A stretch of DNA of 20,000 nt, from NCBI GenBank assembly GCA_002256025.1, contig NKIB01012585.1, forward strand, positions 55,471-75,470. The letters run 5' to 3'. Under the pieces are notes generated by a model that searched no databases, was not told the DNA's origin, and worked only from the letters and a program-made list of their open reading frames with translations. This DNA comes from Asterionella formosa. Taxonomy: Eukaryota. The position numbers and the translations under genes are program-made. This document shows, one piece after another, positions 1-10,786 of the stretch (positions are counted from its first letter, which is position 1; each line of letters begins with the position of its first letter).

Positions 1-163
1 GCTCATGGTTTGACATTCTTGTTCATCATAAAATTCTCGAACGAAAGCAAGAGAAGAACAACAGGCAAGTGATCATATAAAAACCTACAAGAGAGTAAGG
101 TGATTCATTCTAGAAATCTGTGTGCGATAGTATCGCCCTGTTCATCTAAGGAAAGCGACGACT

Positions 164-2590
164 ATGCCCTTAACGTCTATGATGCTTCGCGGAGCTGCGC
201 AGAAGGTGTCGTTCGCATCAGTGATGGGCAAGAAGGGCGCAGTATCCGCAACATTGTTCTCAAAGGCTGCATCGACTCGTGCGGCGAGCCTCCGACCCCA
301 GAGTTTCCATTCAACTGCGGAAACTTTGCGCTCGTCCTTCCAAGTACACTCGCTTCATGGGACTCCAGTGCCTTTGGTGGCTATTGCTTATGATTCTGAT
401 GATGGATCCGACGAAAATCCCGAAGTGCCAGCTGCTGTCATGCTTTCTTCTACTCCCAGCAATGACGTCATCTGTACTGGACCCCACGTGATGTCTACGA
501 ACACTCGGAATTCGGCCGCAGGACGAATACCGACATCAACCACGACGACATCGGCTTCCAACAACACTTTTACTCCTCCTTCGGTCAGCGATAAGGGACA
601 TGCAAGGCGAGGCGCAGGAGGAGGTGGTGGTGGTGCGGGGAGGCACCGCTGCCCTAAATGCGGAACCAATGTCACCTTTCGGCATGGAGAGTTTGAAGAA
701 AATTCCTTTTATTGTGCCAATTGTTCTGGATGGTTTTCGATCATGCCCAACACCATCACTGCTGATAGCATAGCGAAGAATGAAACATACGGAGAACTTA
801 ACAAGAATGAAGAAAAAAAACTACAGGATCCTCAAATCTTGATGCAGCATGTACGTTTTTAGAAGAGAATTCATTGTGATTTTATTATTCTTATCACTGC
901 TGACGTACATAGCCTTCTAACACCAATGTTTTTGTATTTTTCTTCAGATACCCGAAAGCGCCACAACTGGAAGCGGTCGGCAACGATCTCAATCCAATTC
1001 TAGTGAAACAGATGAAGCAGCAGACGATGAATCAAATGACGGCGATGACACCAAGAAACAGCATGTCAGCAAGCTTCCAACTCCGCGAGAAATATGCAAG
1101 GGACTTGATGAATATGTTATTGGTCAACAAAGTGTCAAGATAGCTTTGTCCGTTGGCGTTCACAATCACTACAAGCGCATCCGTGTCGCCGAGGCACAGC
1201 AGGCTGCGGAATCCAAACGAGCCAGTACAAGGGAGGCCACCATGGATATCGGCGACAATGGCGGACTTCAGGAACTTCAGTTGGGACAGTTTGGAAAGAC
1301 TAGTGGAAAGAAAAAGGACGATTACGATGTCAACTCCATTTCTGTCAATACATTTGGGAAGACTGTGGAAGATTGTGAACTCGACAAGAGTAACATTATT
1401 ATCATAGGCCCCACTGGTTCTGGGAAAACGCTGTTGGTGAAGACTCTTGCTAAACTTATTGATGTACCGCTAGCGATTGCCGATGCTACATGCTTGACGC
1501 AGGCGGGATACGTTGGTGAAGACGTCGAGAGCATTTTATTCAAGGTATGTATGCATGGCAATTTTTACGTCAACTCGATGGGTTTGGTTACCTAACGCTC
1601 GCTTTTTTTTGTCTTTAATTTTTAGCTATATCTAGAGAGTGGCCAGGACCTGGAAAGATGCCAAAGGGGGATTGTCTACATCGACGAAGCAGACAAGATT
1701 CGAAAGTCTGGTGGCAATGTCAGCATCAGCCGGGATGTCTCTGGAGAAGGGGTACAGCATGCACTTTTGAAGATTGTCGAAGGTAACGTGGTCAATGTTC
1801 CCAAGGTTAGTGCATGTTTGCATCAGTTGCTGTAGATGTTCTCTTAGATGTGCCTTTAACAAGTTTTGTATTAAAAAAGGAGCCCGGTCGCAAGAATCCC
1901 CGCGGTGACTTCCTGCAGATTGATACCACAAACATTTTGTTTATTTGTGGCGGTGCATATGCTGGACTTGAGAGAATCATCAACAAACGCATGGATACTG
2001 CTTCCATCGGTTTTGGAGCTCAAATGAAAAAGGAGCTCGATGATTACAAGGTTCAAGGGAAGTACTTCGACAACGCGATTCCAAAAGATTTAGTCGAATA
2101 TGGGATGATTCCAGAATTTATTGGTCGCTTCCCTGTTATTGTATCAACCAAAGGTTTGGATGTTGAGAACTTGGTTGATATTTTGACGAAACCAAAGAAC
2201 TCTCTCATGAAGCAGTACCAATATCTCTTTGCCATGAGCAATATCAATTTTCACGTTACCGACGATGGTTTGGAAGAAGTGGCAAAGACTGCTTTTCAAC
2301 GCGGAACTGGTGCCCGTGGTCTTCGCTCCATAACGGAGAATGTACTGATGGAGACTATGTTTGTGACTCCCTCTCTTCAGAATGTCCACACTGTCTACTT
2401 GGATTCCGATGGTGTCCGTGGTGACAAGAAACCAATTCTTTTGACTGACCCACAGATGACGATTGCCAAGTTCGAAGCTTTGCGAAAGAGTGGCGTTGTG
2501 GATGTCGACGGGGCTGTTCATGTTGATATCAACACTCAAGGCAATGATGATGTGGAAACTGACGGCGAGAGCGAAGAAGCGGTTGCGTGA
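164..2590 (+). CDS. clpX: ATP-dependent Clp protease ATP-binding subunit ClpX, mitochondrial type; exons 164-850, 948-1544, 1626-1805, 1880-2590 (~724 aa)
   Basis: R/S/A-rich N-terminal presequence, C4 zinc-finger (CPKC...CANC), LPTPREI...LDEYVIGQ, Walker A GPTGSGKT, pore loop GYVGEDVE, Walker [23 protein letters not shown] loop (SIGFGA), GARGLR. Phase-0 GT-AG introns 851-947, 1545-1625 and 1806-1879 join the partial ORFs in frame. Confidence 0.96.
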
Positions 2591-2700
2591 ATGGTACTAC
2601 CGGTAGGTCCTGGAACTACTTGCACATAGCACCAAAAGGTCACGTTCACCCTAATTTATCTGGGTTTGTAGATATTATTAAGCCTTGTTGTTTGAAAGCC

Positions 2701-3186
2701 TTAGGCATTAGTAGGATCCGCACATTCCATGATAGTGAACTTCTTCATTGTTGGCTGTACATTAGCTGTTATGCGATGCCATCCTTGTGCTGCTTTGAAA
2801 GACAACCATATTCGACCAGGTATCGTAACTGGTTTACAGAAAAATCGGGCAATCTTGGCCTCTACCAACGATGCAGTTAGTCTAGTGGGATCAATGTCAG
2901 GAAATTTGCAAAGGATCCGCTGCGCAGCGTTGGAATTTTTCACTGACGCTTCAAAATGCCGAGTTAAACGTAGTACTTGCTTCTGTACAAACGGATGATG
3001 CGTTACGAGGCTTGTTGGCCGAGTCCAGGAAGGCGCTGCCATCGTCGTCATTGTTTGAAAGCAGATAAACCAGGTCGCTGACACTAAAATGGCAGATAAA
3101 GCTGTATGAACCAGTAGGAAAACAGGAATGTCGGCGGGCATCATATCTCGCGCCGCCAAAAAGTTTGTTACATTGGTTCCAATCAT
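2701..3186 (-). CDS. Hypothetical small membrane-associated protein (161 aa), weakly reminiscent of DUF1279/FAM210
   Basis: Open ORF with a hydrophobic segment (VFLLVHTALSAILVSATWFICF) and a C-terminal EAKIARFFCKPVTIPGRIWLS segment; convergent with clpX. Start codon and family are uncertain. Confidence 0.6.
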   Translation of the reverse strand: MIGTNVTNFLAARDMMPADIPVFLLVHTALSAILVSATWFICFQTMTTMAAPSWTRPTSLVTHHPFVQKQVLRLTRHFEASVKNSNAAQRILCKFPDIDPTRLTASLVEAKIARFFCKPVTIPGRIWLSFKAAQGWHRITANVQPTMKKFTIMECADPTNA

Positions 3187-3560
3187 TATTTATCGGGCCG
3201 TCTGTATCAGTCCAAAGAGTGTCTAGATGAGAATTACTCTGGAATACATAGAATGGTGCATCCATAGGCAGTACCGGTAGGGCAGTCTGCTTAACTAATA
3301 AAACGAGCAGTTCAGAATTATTATTAATGGCTGTACATAGACAACTACCGGTACAATTTTTTTTGTATAGATGTAGCTATTGTATATTCTTCCTGATCGG
3401 CATTTTATGACGAAGCGAAAGATCACTCATCCCGTCGCCAAATGTTGTTCGCTGTGTGTAAAACTAGATTGCAAATAGAAATCTCATGCCACACACCGAA
3501 AATAGAATGTAAAATAAAATTCGCTATTTTCAATCCTAACAAACAGCAGCAGGTTATTAT

Positions 3561-3586
3561 TCTCTCTCTCTCTCTATATATATATA
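3561..3586. repeat. Compound microsatellite (TC)7(TA)6
   Basis: tctctctctctctc followed by tatatatatata, read directly. Confidence 0.9.
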
Positions 3587-3684
3587 CATATTTATATAAG
3601 CGACATCCAGCAAATGCATAGAAACGGTTGGTATACATGTTAGATCAAGTTCCATGGAAGCGAGGCACTCCATGCCTTTGGAGG

Positions 3685-4500
3685 TCAAGACTTCGAAGCC
3701 TCTTCATGATCAAGTACCGCTTGCTCACTCCACAAATCAAATTCGCTTTCCTCTAGTATCGGAACACCCGAAGGAGAGACAACCACTGGGAGCGACGTCA
3801 AAGTGCCGAGCTCCTTGCGCATGATTTGTTCGTAGATTCTCCTTGCTTGGCAGTTATGCGCGAACGTCATGTAGTGCCGAAGTTCATTTGATTTGAATGG
3901 CTTCAATTGGCAATCCCGAATTTGGAGTGTAGCCTCTATCAAAGTAGAGCAGAACTCGTCGGAAACTAACGATCTCCCAGGAAGTAATGGAATCTTGGAT
4001 ATTTTCTCAGCAATGACCTCATGGTCGGCGTAGTGATCTACGATGTCCCGAACTGCAAGCCCACCCATGATGACACTCACGGGCAAGAAGAGTAATACAT
4101 TGGTTATCATGGAAAAGAATTTGAAGCTCGTCTCTTCGCCAGGTGGAATGTCAAGAGTATACCAGCTGCCATTACGTGTTCGTGGTGAATGCTGACCTAG
4201 TGCCATTCCAATCCTTGGTATCCTAGAAAAAAGGACAAAAGTGGACAAGGCGATCGCAAGCCCAACGAAGCAAGCTTCGGGTAACACGGAATCATTCATA
4301 ATGATCTCTCTAAGATAACTCCGTTCTCTCGTATAATCACTTTCTTGCATGGTAGTTGTATACTTTTTCCATAGACCCTTTGTCGCGACGACTTTCATGC
4401 AACAGTATATTTTAAGCTTGCGGAGAACCTCCGATTCGCTGGGCATTCCTATTGTTGTTGCTTTGCCATCTTGACCTGTCGGGTGTTTACGAATCGACAT
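3685..4500 (-). CDS. Hypothetical protein with two predicted transmembrane segments (271 aa)
   Basis: 816-bp ORF with hydrophobic stretches ACFVGLAIALSTFVLF and FFSMITNVLLFLPVSVIMGGLAV and a protein-like C-terminal region (IPLLPGRSLVSDEFC...FAHNCQARRIYE). True start uncertain. Confidence 0.75.
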   Translation of the reverse strand: MSIRKHPTGQDGKATTIGMPSESEVLRKLKIYCCMKVVATKGLWKKYTTTMQESDYTRERSYLREIIMNDSVLPEACFVGLAIALSTFVLFSRIPRIGMALGQHSPRTRNGSWYTLDIPPGEETSFKFFSMITNVLLFLPVSVIMGGLAVRDIVDHYADHEVIAEKISKIPLLPGRSLVSDEFCSTLIEATLQIRDCQLKPFKSNELRHYMTFAHNCQARRIYEQIMRKELGTLTSLPVVVSPSGVPILEESEFDLWSEQAVLDHEEASKS

Positions 4501-5164
4501 GCTGTAAATCCTTGAGACTTGATGATGATGATGATGAACTACAGCACAGCACAGGTTGCTCTCCGGTCATCTTGGTCCTTAATGTTTGCTGTGGAAGGAG
4601 ATTTTGGGGGAGAAAGGAGAGCCTTTTTTGTTGTTTTCTTCAATTCTTTTTTTGCAGGTGGAAAGTAGTTTTCGTGCGTGGTGAGTTTACTTTCTAAAAT
4701 CTTTTTTATCATTATTCCTTATTAATTAATTAACAAATGACTTCCTCTCTGAATAATAACATATATTTATTAATAAAGGAAAGTCTCTGACTGTACTTTT
4801 GTACTACGGTATTTGCTAACCTGTACTGTACGCACTTCGGGACAAATCGTCGTCTGGCCGTATGCACGGCCAATCAAAATTGGATGTGCACTTTTTCGGA
4901 GGCACTCTTTTACCTTCTTTGCAGTATTATTTTTTATAGCATCTATAGCTGGTACTGAATATTGTATATTAATAATTTTCATATGGCCATTTACACTTGT
5001 CTGCAATGTACACAGGAGACTCCTCGCTCTACTTTTGTAACAATCATTGCCGACGCCACCAAACGACATTGTCGTTGGATTAATAACTGAGCCTCTAATC
5101 ATTCGCAGTTTTCGCCCCCATCGCCTTCAATTCGCAAATCATAATTTAGATAGGCTGTATCAAT

Positions 5165-5888
5165 ATGGATACTGTTCTTGGAGTTCAATTTGACGGGGGA
5201 GGTGAGTGTTCCACCAGAATCAACGCGGTGTACTCAATTCAGAACTAAACCATGTCGCCGGCATCTGCGGGGTTCCTCTCGTTTGCTCACGGATTTGTGT
5301 GCTCTCCCTCCCTCAAAAGTCATCCTTGCCACTGACCAGACAAATGCTAGATCCATTCTTACATATCAAACCAACTTGGACAAAATCAAGGAGCTGACCT
5401 CCCATTCTGCCATGGGCGTCTCTGGTCCAAACTGCGACATGGTCAACTTTACCGAATTCATTGCCAAGAACATTGCGCTCTATGAGCTTTCCAATGACGG
5501 AACCAAGCTCTCGACTCACGCACAAGCCAACTACGCCAGAAATGAGCTGGCTGTCGCCTTAAGGAAGGGACCTTTCCAGGTCAACGTATTGTTGGGTGGA
5601 TATGACGAAACCACCACCAGTGCCTCGCTCTACTTTTTGGATTACTTTGGTGCCCTTCAAAAAGTCAATTATGGTTGTCAGGGACATGCTGGAAGCTTCT
5701 GTTTGAGTATTATGGACCGAAAGCACAAGGAGGGGTTGTCAGAGGCCGACGCCATGGACATTATTAACGACTGTATCAAGGAAATCCATGTTCGATTCCT
5801 GATCGCGCAGCCAAATTTTATCATCAAGGTCATTGACAAGTCAGGTATTCGAGTGATCAGTTTTGGGGGAGACCCAGCTGATTCGTAA
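5165..5888 (+). CDS. PSMB2: 20S proteasome subunit beta type-2 (beta4/Pre1); exons 5165-5201, 5320-5888 (201 aa)
   Basis: ATG at 5165 gives MDTVLGVQFDGG; GTGAGT donor at 5202 and AAAAG acceptor ending 5319 join to VILATDQ...DKIKEL...NIALYELSN...GPFQVNVLLGGYD...LYFLDYFG, typical of the beta type-2 subunit. Confidence 0.95.
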
Positions 5889-6414
5889 AGTGGAGGGATA
5901 TAGAATAAACGACATCAAAGGTCAAACACTACAAGATAGCAACATACTAACATGGAATTCTGGATCTGGCAGCACTGTGCATAGATGGTGCATGTAAGGT
6001 GTACATCGAACAATTGTTAGTAAGACCATGTTTCCCGGTCTGGTGTTACCTCCACCCTTGTTCTCAAATATAGTGGCTGTAGGCCTGTCATAAGCAGCAA
6101 AAGCAAAAATTATCTATGTACAACATGCACAAATACTGGTCGCGCTCTGAATACCAAATAAATTGTTGTGCAGAAAATATGTTGTGGTACTCCTACAAAT
6201 GTAGCAGTAGGTCTACGTACAATAACGTAGTATGCCCGAATGTTTCTTCACTCCTATGTCTACCGGTACTAACGCTAACAAAACTCCAATAGTTACAGTT
6301 TCTTCTTCGAGCAGTGCTTGATGCTGCTGTTTCTATCCTCTACTTCACCATCAGCAAAGACAGGAAAATCACTCTATTAGATATCTATTGAACAACTTGT
6401 AGAGCGTGATAGTC

Positions 6415-8448
6415 ATGGATCCCAGCAAGGAACTTCCTTTCCTGGAGGCTGCCAGGAATCGCGAGGAACAGATTCAACTGACCAATCGAATATTTCAGTC
6501 TGCACACTTGCATGGTGATGGAACACTACCAGTAGTGGAACATAGAGTTATGCGGCCGTTAACATTGAACGAAATCTCAACTCTTCAAGGACCATGCTTT
6601 TCAAAATGTAAAGATTGGGGGAAATTACGACTCTTGTTGAACCCTGAAGAGTCTCGAATGGATCAGAGCCCCTACCTTCAGCAGATCGTTTCGTTCAATA
6701 ATTTTTCTGGTGTGGTGGTAATTGGAATAAATAGCAAAGAAATATGCGATGGAGAAGCAGATCTACCTGTGGGTATTCACTCCAATGCATTAATTTCCAA
6801 TTGTATCCTTGATGCTGGTTGTCGAGTCTATCGCAACATGTGCATGGTAGATACATATGTGGGTATCGCGGCCTCTGTCTTGAATTGTGGCAAGATTTCA
6901 TGTGGGAAGAATGTTTTATATGGTCATTTGAATATCAGTGTGGGTCCGGAAAGTGGAGGAGGAAGAAATATTACTGTGACAGCCGAAAGCAATATGATTG
7001 ATGTTTGCCAGAAGCTAGGAGTTTCCAAAATATGTACCCCCAGCAATATTCCGCCCACAATGTGTAACATGAATTTCATTGGAGCGGGCTGTATGGTTCG
7101 AGATACACCTACTATCGACAGCGTTTTCTTAGCTTCGACTTCTACAATTGAAGGTGCAACTTCAGTACGTAATTCTGTCTTGCTCCCAACTGCTAAAGTT
7201 GGCAATGCTTGCACTGTTAACAGAGTTATGCTACAATGGAACGCCTCAATCATGGATCACTCTTACATATCAGATACGCTACTAATGGAGCATGCACACG
7301 CCGGTCCAAAAAGCTTAGTTGTAAAAAGCATTCTTGGCCCAGACGTTCATGTTGCCGCAGGTGAAATGCATTCGTCCTTGATTGGACCAAATACAAATGC
7401 GCATCATCAGTCTCTAGTAATTGGAGTCTTATGGCCATTAGGGAGAGGCAACGTTGGATATGGAGCAAACGTTGGATCGAATCATACCGGTCGATTGCCG
7501 GATCAAGAAACTTGCTCAGGCGAAGGGACCTTTTGGGGATTAAGTTGCGTCGTTAAATTCCCAGTTGACCTTTCTTATTCTCCCTACACCATTGTGGCTG
7601 CTGGAACAACAGTCGGACCTCAGCGAATTGCTATGCCGTTTTCTTTGCTCGTTGATATGAATGGTGAAACTCAAATCATCCCCGCATGGTCATTGCAAAG
7701 TTCGCCATATACTTTGACTCGAAATGCGAATAAATACGCTAATCGTCGAAAGGCAACGCACCACAAGTTTTACACGGGATGGGAAATGATTCGACCCGAT
7801 ATTGTTGATATGTGCTGGATAGCTCGAGAGTCCTTGCGAGGAATTTCACAATTGGCGCCAGAGTACAAAACTGAACGAATTGTTCCTGGAATCGGTGGTG
7901 CAACATTGTCAGAAAAGGCGCGCCAATCAGGTATACATGCCTACACTCAATGTATTCAGCGATATGCTCTCGGAGGCTTCTTAGAATGGATTCAAATCAA
8001 CCGGGGTAGCAAACTTCTGCTGAATTTGGAACAGGAATTTCAAGACGTGACTATCAGTGACTCAAACATGGACATTTTGACCAAGCCGTCTTGGCCAATT
8101 CTGCCTTGGGAAGTGGACATGTCAACCACTTGGATCCACCAGAAGTCCATCTTACGATCTGAGTTCCCAATGTGTGGAGATTGGGCCGCGTGGGTTGCTG
8201 ATTTACTCCATGCATGCATGAAAGTTGAGACTGAATACGCAAATGGAGTCTATAAGAGCAAGAAACGCGACGACGTTAGAGGAGTCGATACAATACCTGG
8301 TTACATGGACTCTCATGTTGCAGCAGAAGACGACGAGGTAATCAAGAATGCGAATGAAGCAGCAAAGCGAATAGCAACATTGGCGGAAGACTTGTTAGTG
8401 ACATTGTCAAAATTTGGTGTTTTGAACTCATCTAGGAGTCGACTATGA
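6415..8448 (+). CDS. DUF4954-like protein with hexapeptide/left-handed beta-helix repeats (~677 aa, intronless)
   Basis: Long ORF, first ATG at 6415. Motifs RPLTLNEISTL, repeated I/V-G-x-x-x-x turns and GRGNVGYGANVGSNHTGRLPDQE...GEGTFWGL...KFP, recalled as resembling bacterial DUF4954 proteins. CDS is confident; family assignment is moderate. Confidence 0.8.
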   Translation: MDPSKELPFLEAARNREEQIQLTNRIFQSAHLHGDGTLPVVEHRVMRPLTLNEISTLQGPCFSKCKDWGKLRLLLNPEESRMDQSPYLQQIVSFNNFSGVVVIGINSKEICDGEADLPVGIHSNALISNCILDAGCRVYRNMCMVDTYVGIAASVLNCGKISCGKNVLYGHLNISVGPESGGGRNITVTAESNMIDVCQKLGVSKICTPSNIPPTMCNMNFIGAGCMVRDTPTIDSVFLASTSTIEGATSVRNSVLLPTAKVGNACTVNRVMLQWNASIMDHSYISDTLLMEHAHAGPKSLVVKSILGPDVHVAAGEMHSSLIGPNTNAHHQSLVIGVLWPLGRGNVGYGANVGSNHTGRLPDQETCSGEGTFWGLSCVVKFPVDLSYSPYTIVAAGTTVGPQRIAMPFSLLVDMNGETQIIPAWSLQSSPYTLTRNANKYANRRKATHHKFYTGWEMIRPDIVDMCWIARESLRGISQLAPEYKTERIVPGIGGATLSEKARQSGIHAYTQCIQRYALGGFLEWIQINRGSKLLLNLEQEFQDVTISDSNMDILTKPSWPILPWEVDMSTTWIHQKSILRSEFPMCGDWAAWVADLLHACMKVETEYANGVYKSKKRDDVRGVDTIPGYMDSHVAAEDDEVIKNANEAAKRIATLAEDLLVTLSKFGVLNSSRSRL

Positions 8449-8581
8449 ATACCAGGGAGAATATACTCTAATTTATTTTTAAAAATCACTGCTAAATAAA
8501 ACTCTTTCGAAGGGACCATCTCGCGAGCGATCGGAAAGAATGAAATCAGTAATTTGCAAATGATTATCCCAGTCTGCAAAT

Positions 8582-9618
8582 CTACACAGTCAACAAGTCG
8601 TCAAGTGCCATTTCTTCCTGTATACCTCCTCCGCATATAATTTCCCCATCATCGCCCACGGTCAACCCGTCCTCGGCCGTCGAATACAAGATTTTAAAGA
8701 CTTTATCGACCATGTGTGCTGGATTGGATTCTTCTCCTTGCTCCTGGTGGACCTGAATGATCACTTCAACGTCCCGCAATTTCTCAAAGTAGAAGTCACG
8801 TTCCGTCTCAACCTCCTTCAATGTGGCGTCCAATTCTGCTAACTTAGCATTCAATTCGGCATTTTTCTTCATGAGATTGGCATCTGCTAAAACAGCATCA
8901 GTGATTGGATCCAAGTTTCCAACTTTAGTTTTGTTTTCTTGCAGCGTACGACTCGTGGTATACACAGGGGGTGCAGATCGAGCAGGCGGTCGAGTAGCCG
9001 TGGCTCGGGCAGATAGATGAGCTGGTGCACTTCGTCGGGGTCCACTAGATGTTGGAATTGGCTTTGAGTTATAGTTGGAACTTGTCATTCCTAGAAACTG
9101 ATTAACCGTTTTGGCTCCCTTGCCCTTGGCACGAGCTGCCACAGGATCGTAATCTGGACGATAGCACCCAGACTGGTCAAAGAAGGCCTTCAGCCACTGA
9201 CAGAATTCAAGATTGTCTTGATACTTAGCCTTGATGAGCTTGGGTACATCTACATATCTTTGCACGTTGTGAATTTTAAAGGCGGCCTGAAGTAGTTTGT
9301 AGTTTTGGACAAATTCATATTCCGATTTCGCTTCCCAATTGACTTTGGCCATGGGAATGCTTCCGGGGTAAATGTACTCTGTAATCTGGCACGCCACGGC
9401 TCCTGACGCAGTCTGTTCAATTTTTGCGAGATTAAGGGCTAAGAGGTCGTTGAAGCAATCCAGAAGTTCTTTGCGACCGGTGAAATACGCAGCATCCATC
9501 ATGCCTGCATTTGCGGAATGAACGCAACGAATCGCGGGGATGAGTCGAGGATTTTGTGGAATTCTACCGCGTTTTGCCCTGAATACTCACCAACAGCGGA
9601 ATCCCCATTTCTACTCAT
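8582..9618 (-). CDS. EB1: Microtubule plus-end binding protein EB1 (RP/EB family); exons 9618-9591, 9504-8582 (316 aa)
   Basis: CH domain (AYFTGRKELL...NYKLLQAAF...KAKYQDNLEFCQWLK), coiled coil and EBH motif (ETERDFYFEKLRDVE...KILY). Intron 9590-9505 (GTGAGT...GCAG) gives the N-terminus MSRNGDSAVGMMDAAYF. Confidence 0.96.
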
Positions 9619-10786
9619 GGTGCTTGCTTGTTTGGATATGTCAGAGTAAGGCAATGACAATTGAGATCTAAACCGTCCTGGTACTGGAAGTCGATGACTC
9701 TGAAAGAAGTTGTGCAGCCGATGGATCTTAACAGTGTGTTCAACGAGGCACAACGGCTTGCCAACGATCAATTTGAACTTTGAAATGAAGTTATGCCGAA
9801 ATATGATATTTACCGGTTTATTATGATATGAATATTTTCAGTATTCATACTGGAAGACAAATATATATATATCACTGGTGCCAGGGGGTACGACCCAGTA
9901 CAGCCTATGTGCTGGAGGATACGCAAGCAAAGGTCCGGCAATCGAGAGAATTAGCTTAATCTTTTCTAAAGTTAAAAAGTGTTTTATTACCGGACCTTCC
10001 CAGCAGAATGTAGAACTCCTTTTTCAACTTTTTAACCCCAAGCAAGTACCGATACATCGGTACATACAAATGAGTAAATCCCTTACGGTACCCGGTACCG
10101 GTATTCCAAGCTGCATACGCGTACTAACTGGTACCACCTAAAAACTGAGAGTCATACAAACTTTCAGTTTTGTGCTGATAGTCATAACAAAACGGGGTAA
10201 TCACACGGTTTGAGACGAATATTTGTAATATTATAAATCTGTATTAGACGAAGTTCTTCCTGTGCATATAAGGAACAGCATTATTCGTACTTGAAGACTG
10301 CAATCTCGTACCACCAGTTCTTTAGTTATAATAGCCCAAAATTGGCTGTCGACGGTTTTTGGTCCAAATCAGTTTTACCCCAATGAGCCTGCATGACTTT
10401 TTCAACACATAGGAGAAGCTGAAGCTTTATAAATAATTAGCTTGTTTCAAGACTTTTCCGCATCATTACTATGGCATGTTTGCGCCATTGCAATTAAGTT
10501 GTGCGCCATAGTAACTCGTTTATTTAGAGTTGTTTAAGTGCTGGTGCGCCAATAAATAAATATTATAACCTAGTGGTACCTGGTAATGGCATGATAGACT
10601 AGTACTAGTAAACCAGCACTGCGGCTGGTATACATGACATAAAAACAAGCCTACAAATCCAACTTGTAAGTCTCATAATATACAATTATTTGCGGAGTCA
10701 TCGCTGAGACACTATAGTAATCATGTTGGCAGACCAAGGAATGCTAACTCCTCATGAAACGGAAATTGAGCAGCTAAACCTCAACA

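Noticed and set aside
2951..3265. 104-aa ORF as a separate gene or upstream exon of 2701-3186
   Set aside because: It overlaps in another frame and I found no convincing splice pair joining them; left unresolved.
4770..5102. Overlapping 110-aa and 75-aa ORFs
   Set aside because: AT-rich divergent promoter region with no recognisable protein features.
5178..5319. N-terminal extension of the 236-aa proteasome ORF
   Set aside because: It is read-through of the intron from a non-ATG start; the spliced ATG-5165 model gives the canonical N-terminus.
164..5888. clpX plus proteasome subunit as a proteolysis gene cluster
   Set aside because: Different compartments, separated by unrelated genes; adjacency is probably coincidental.
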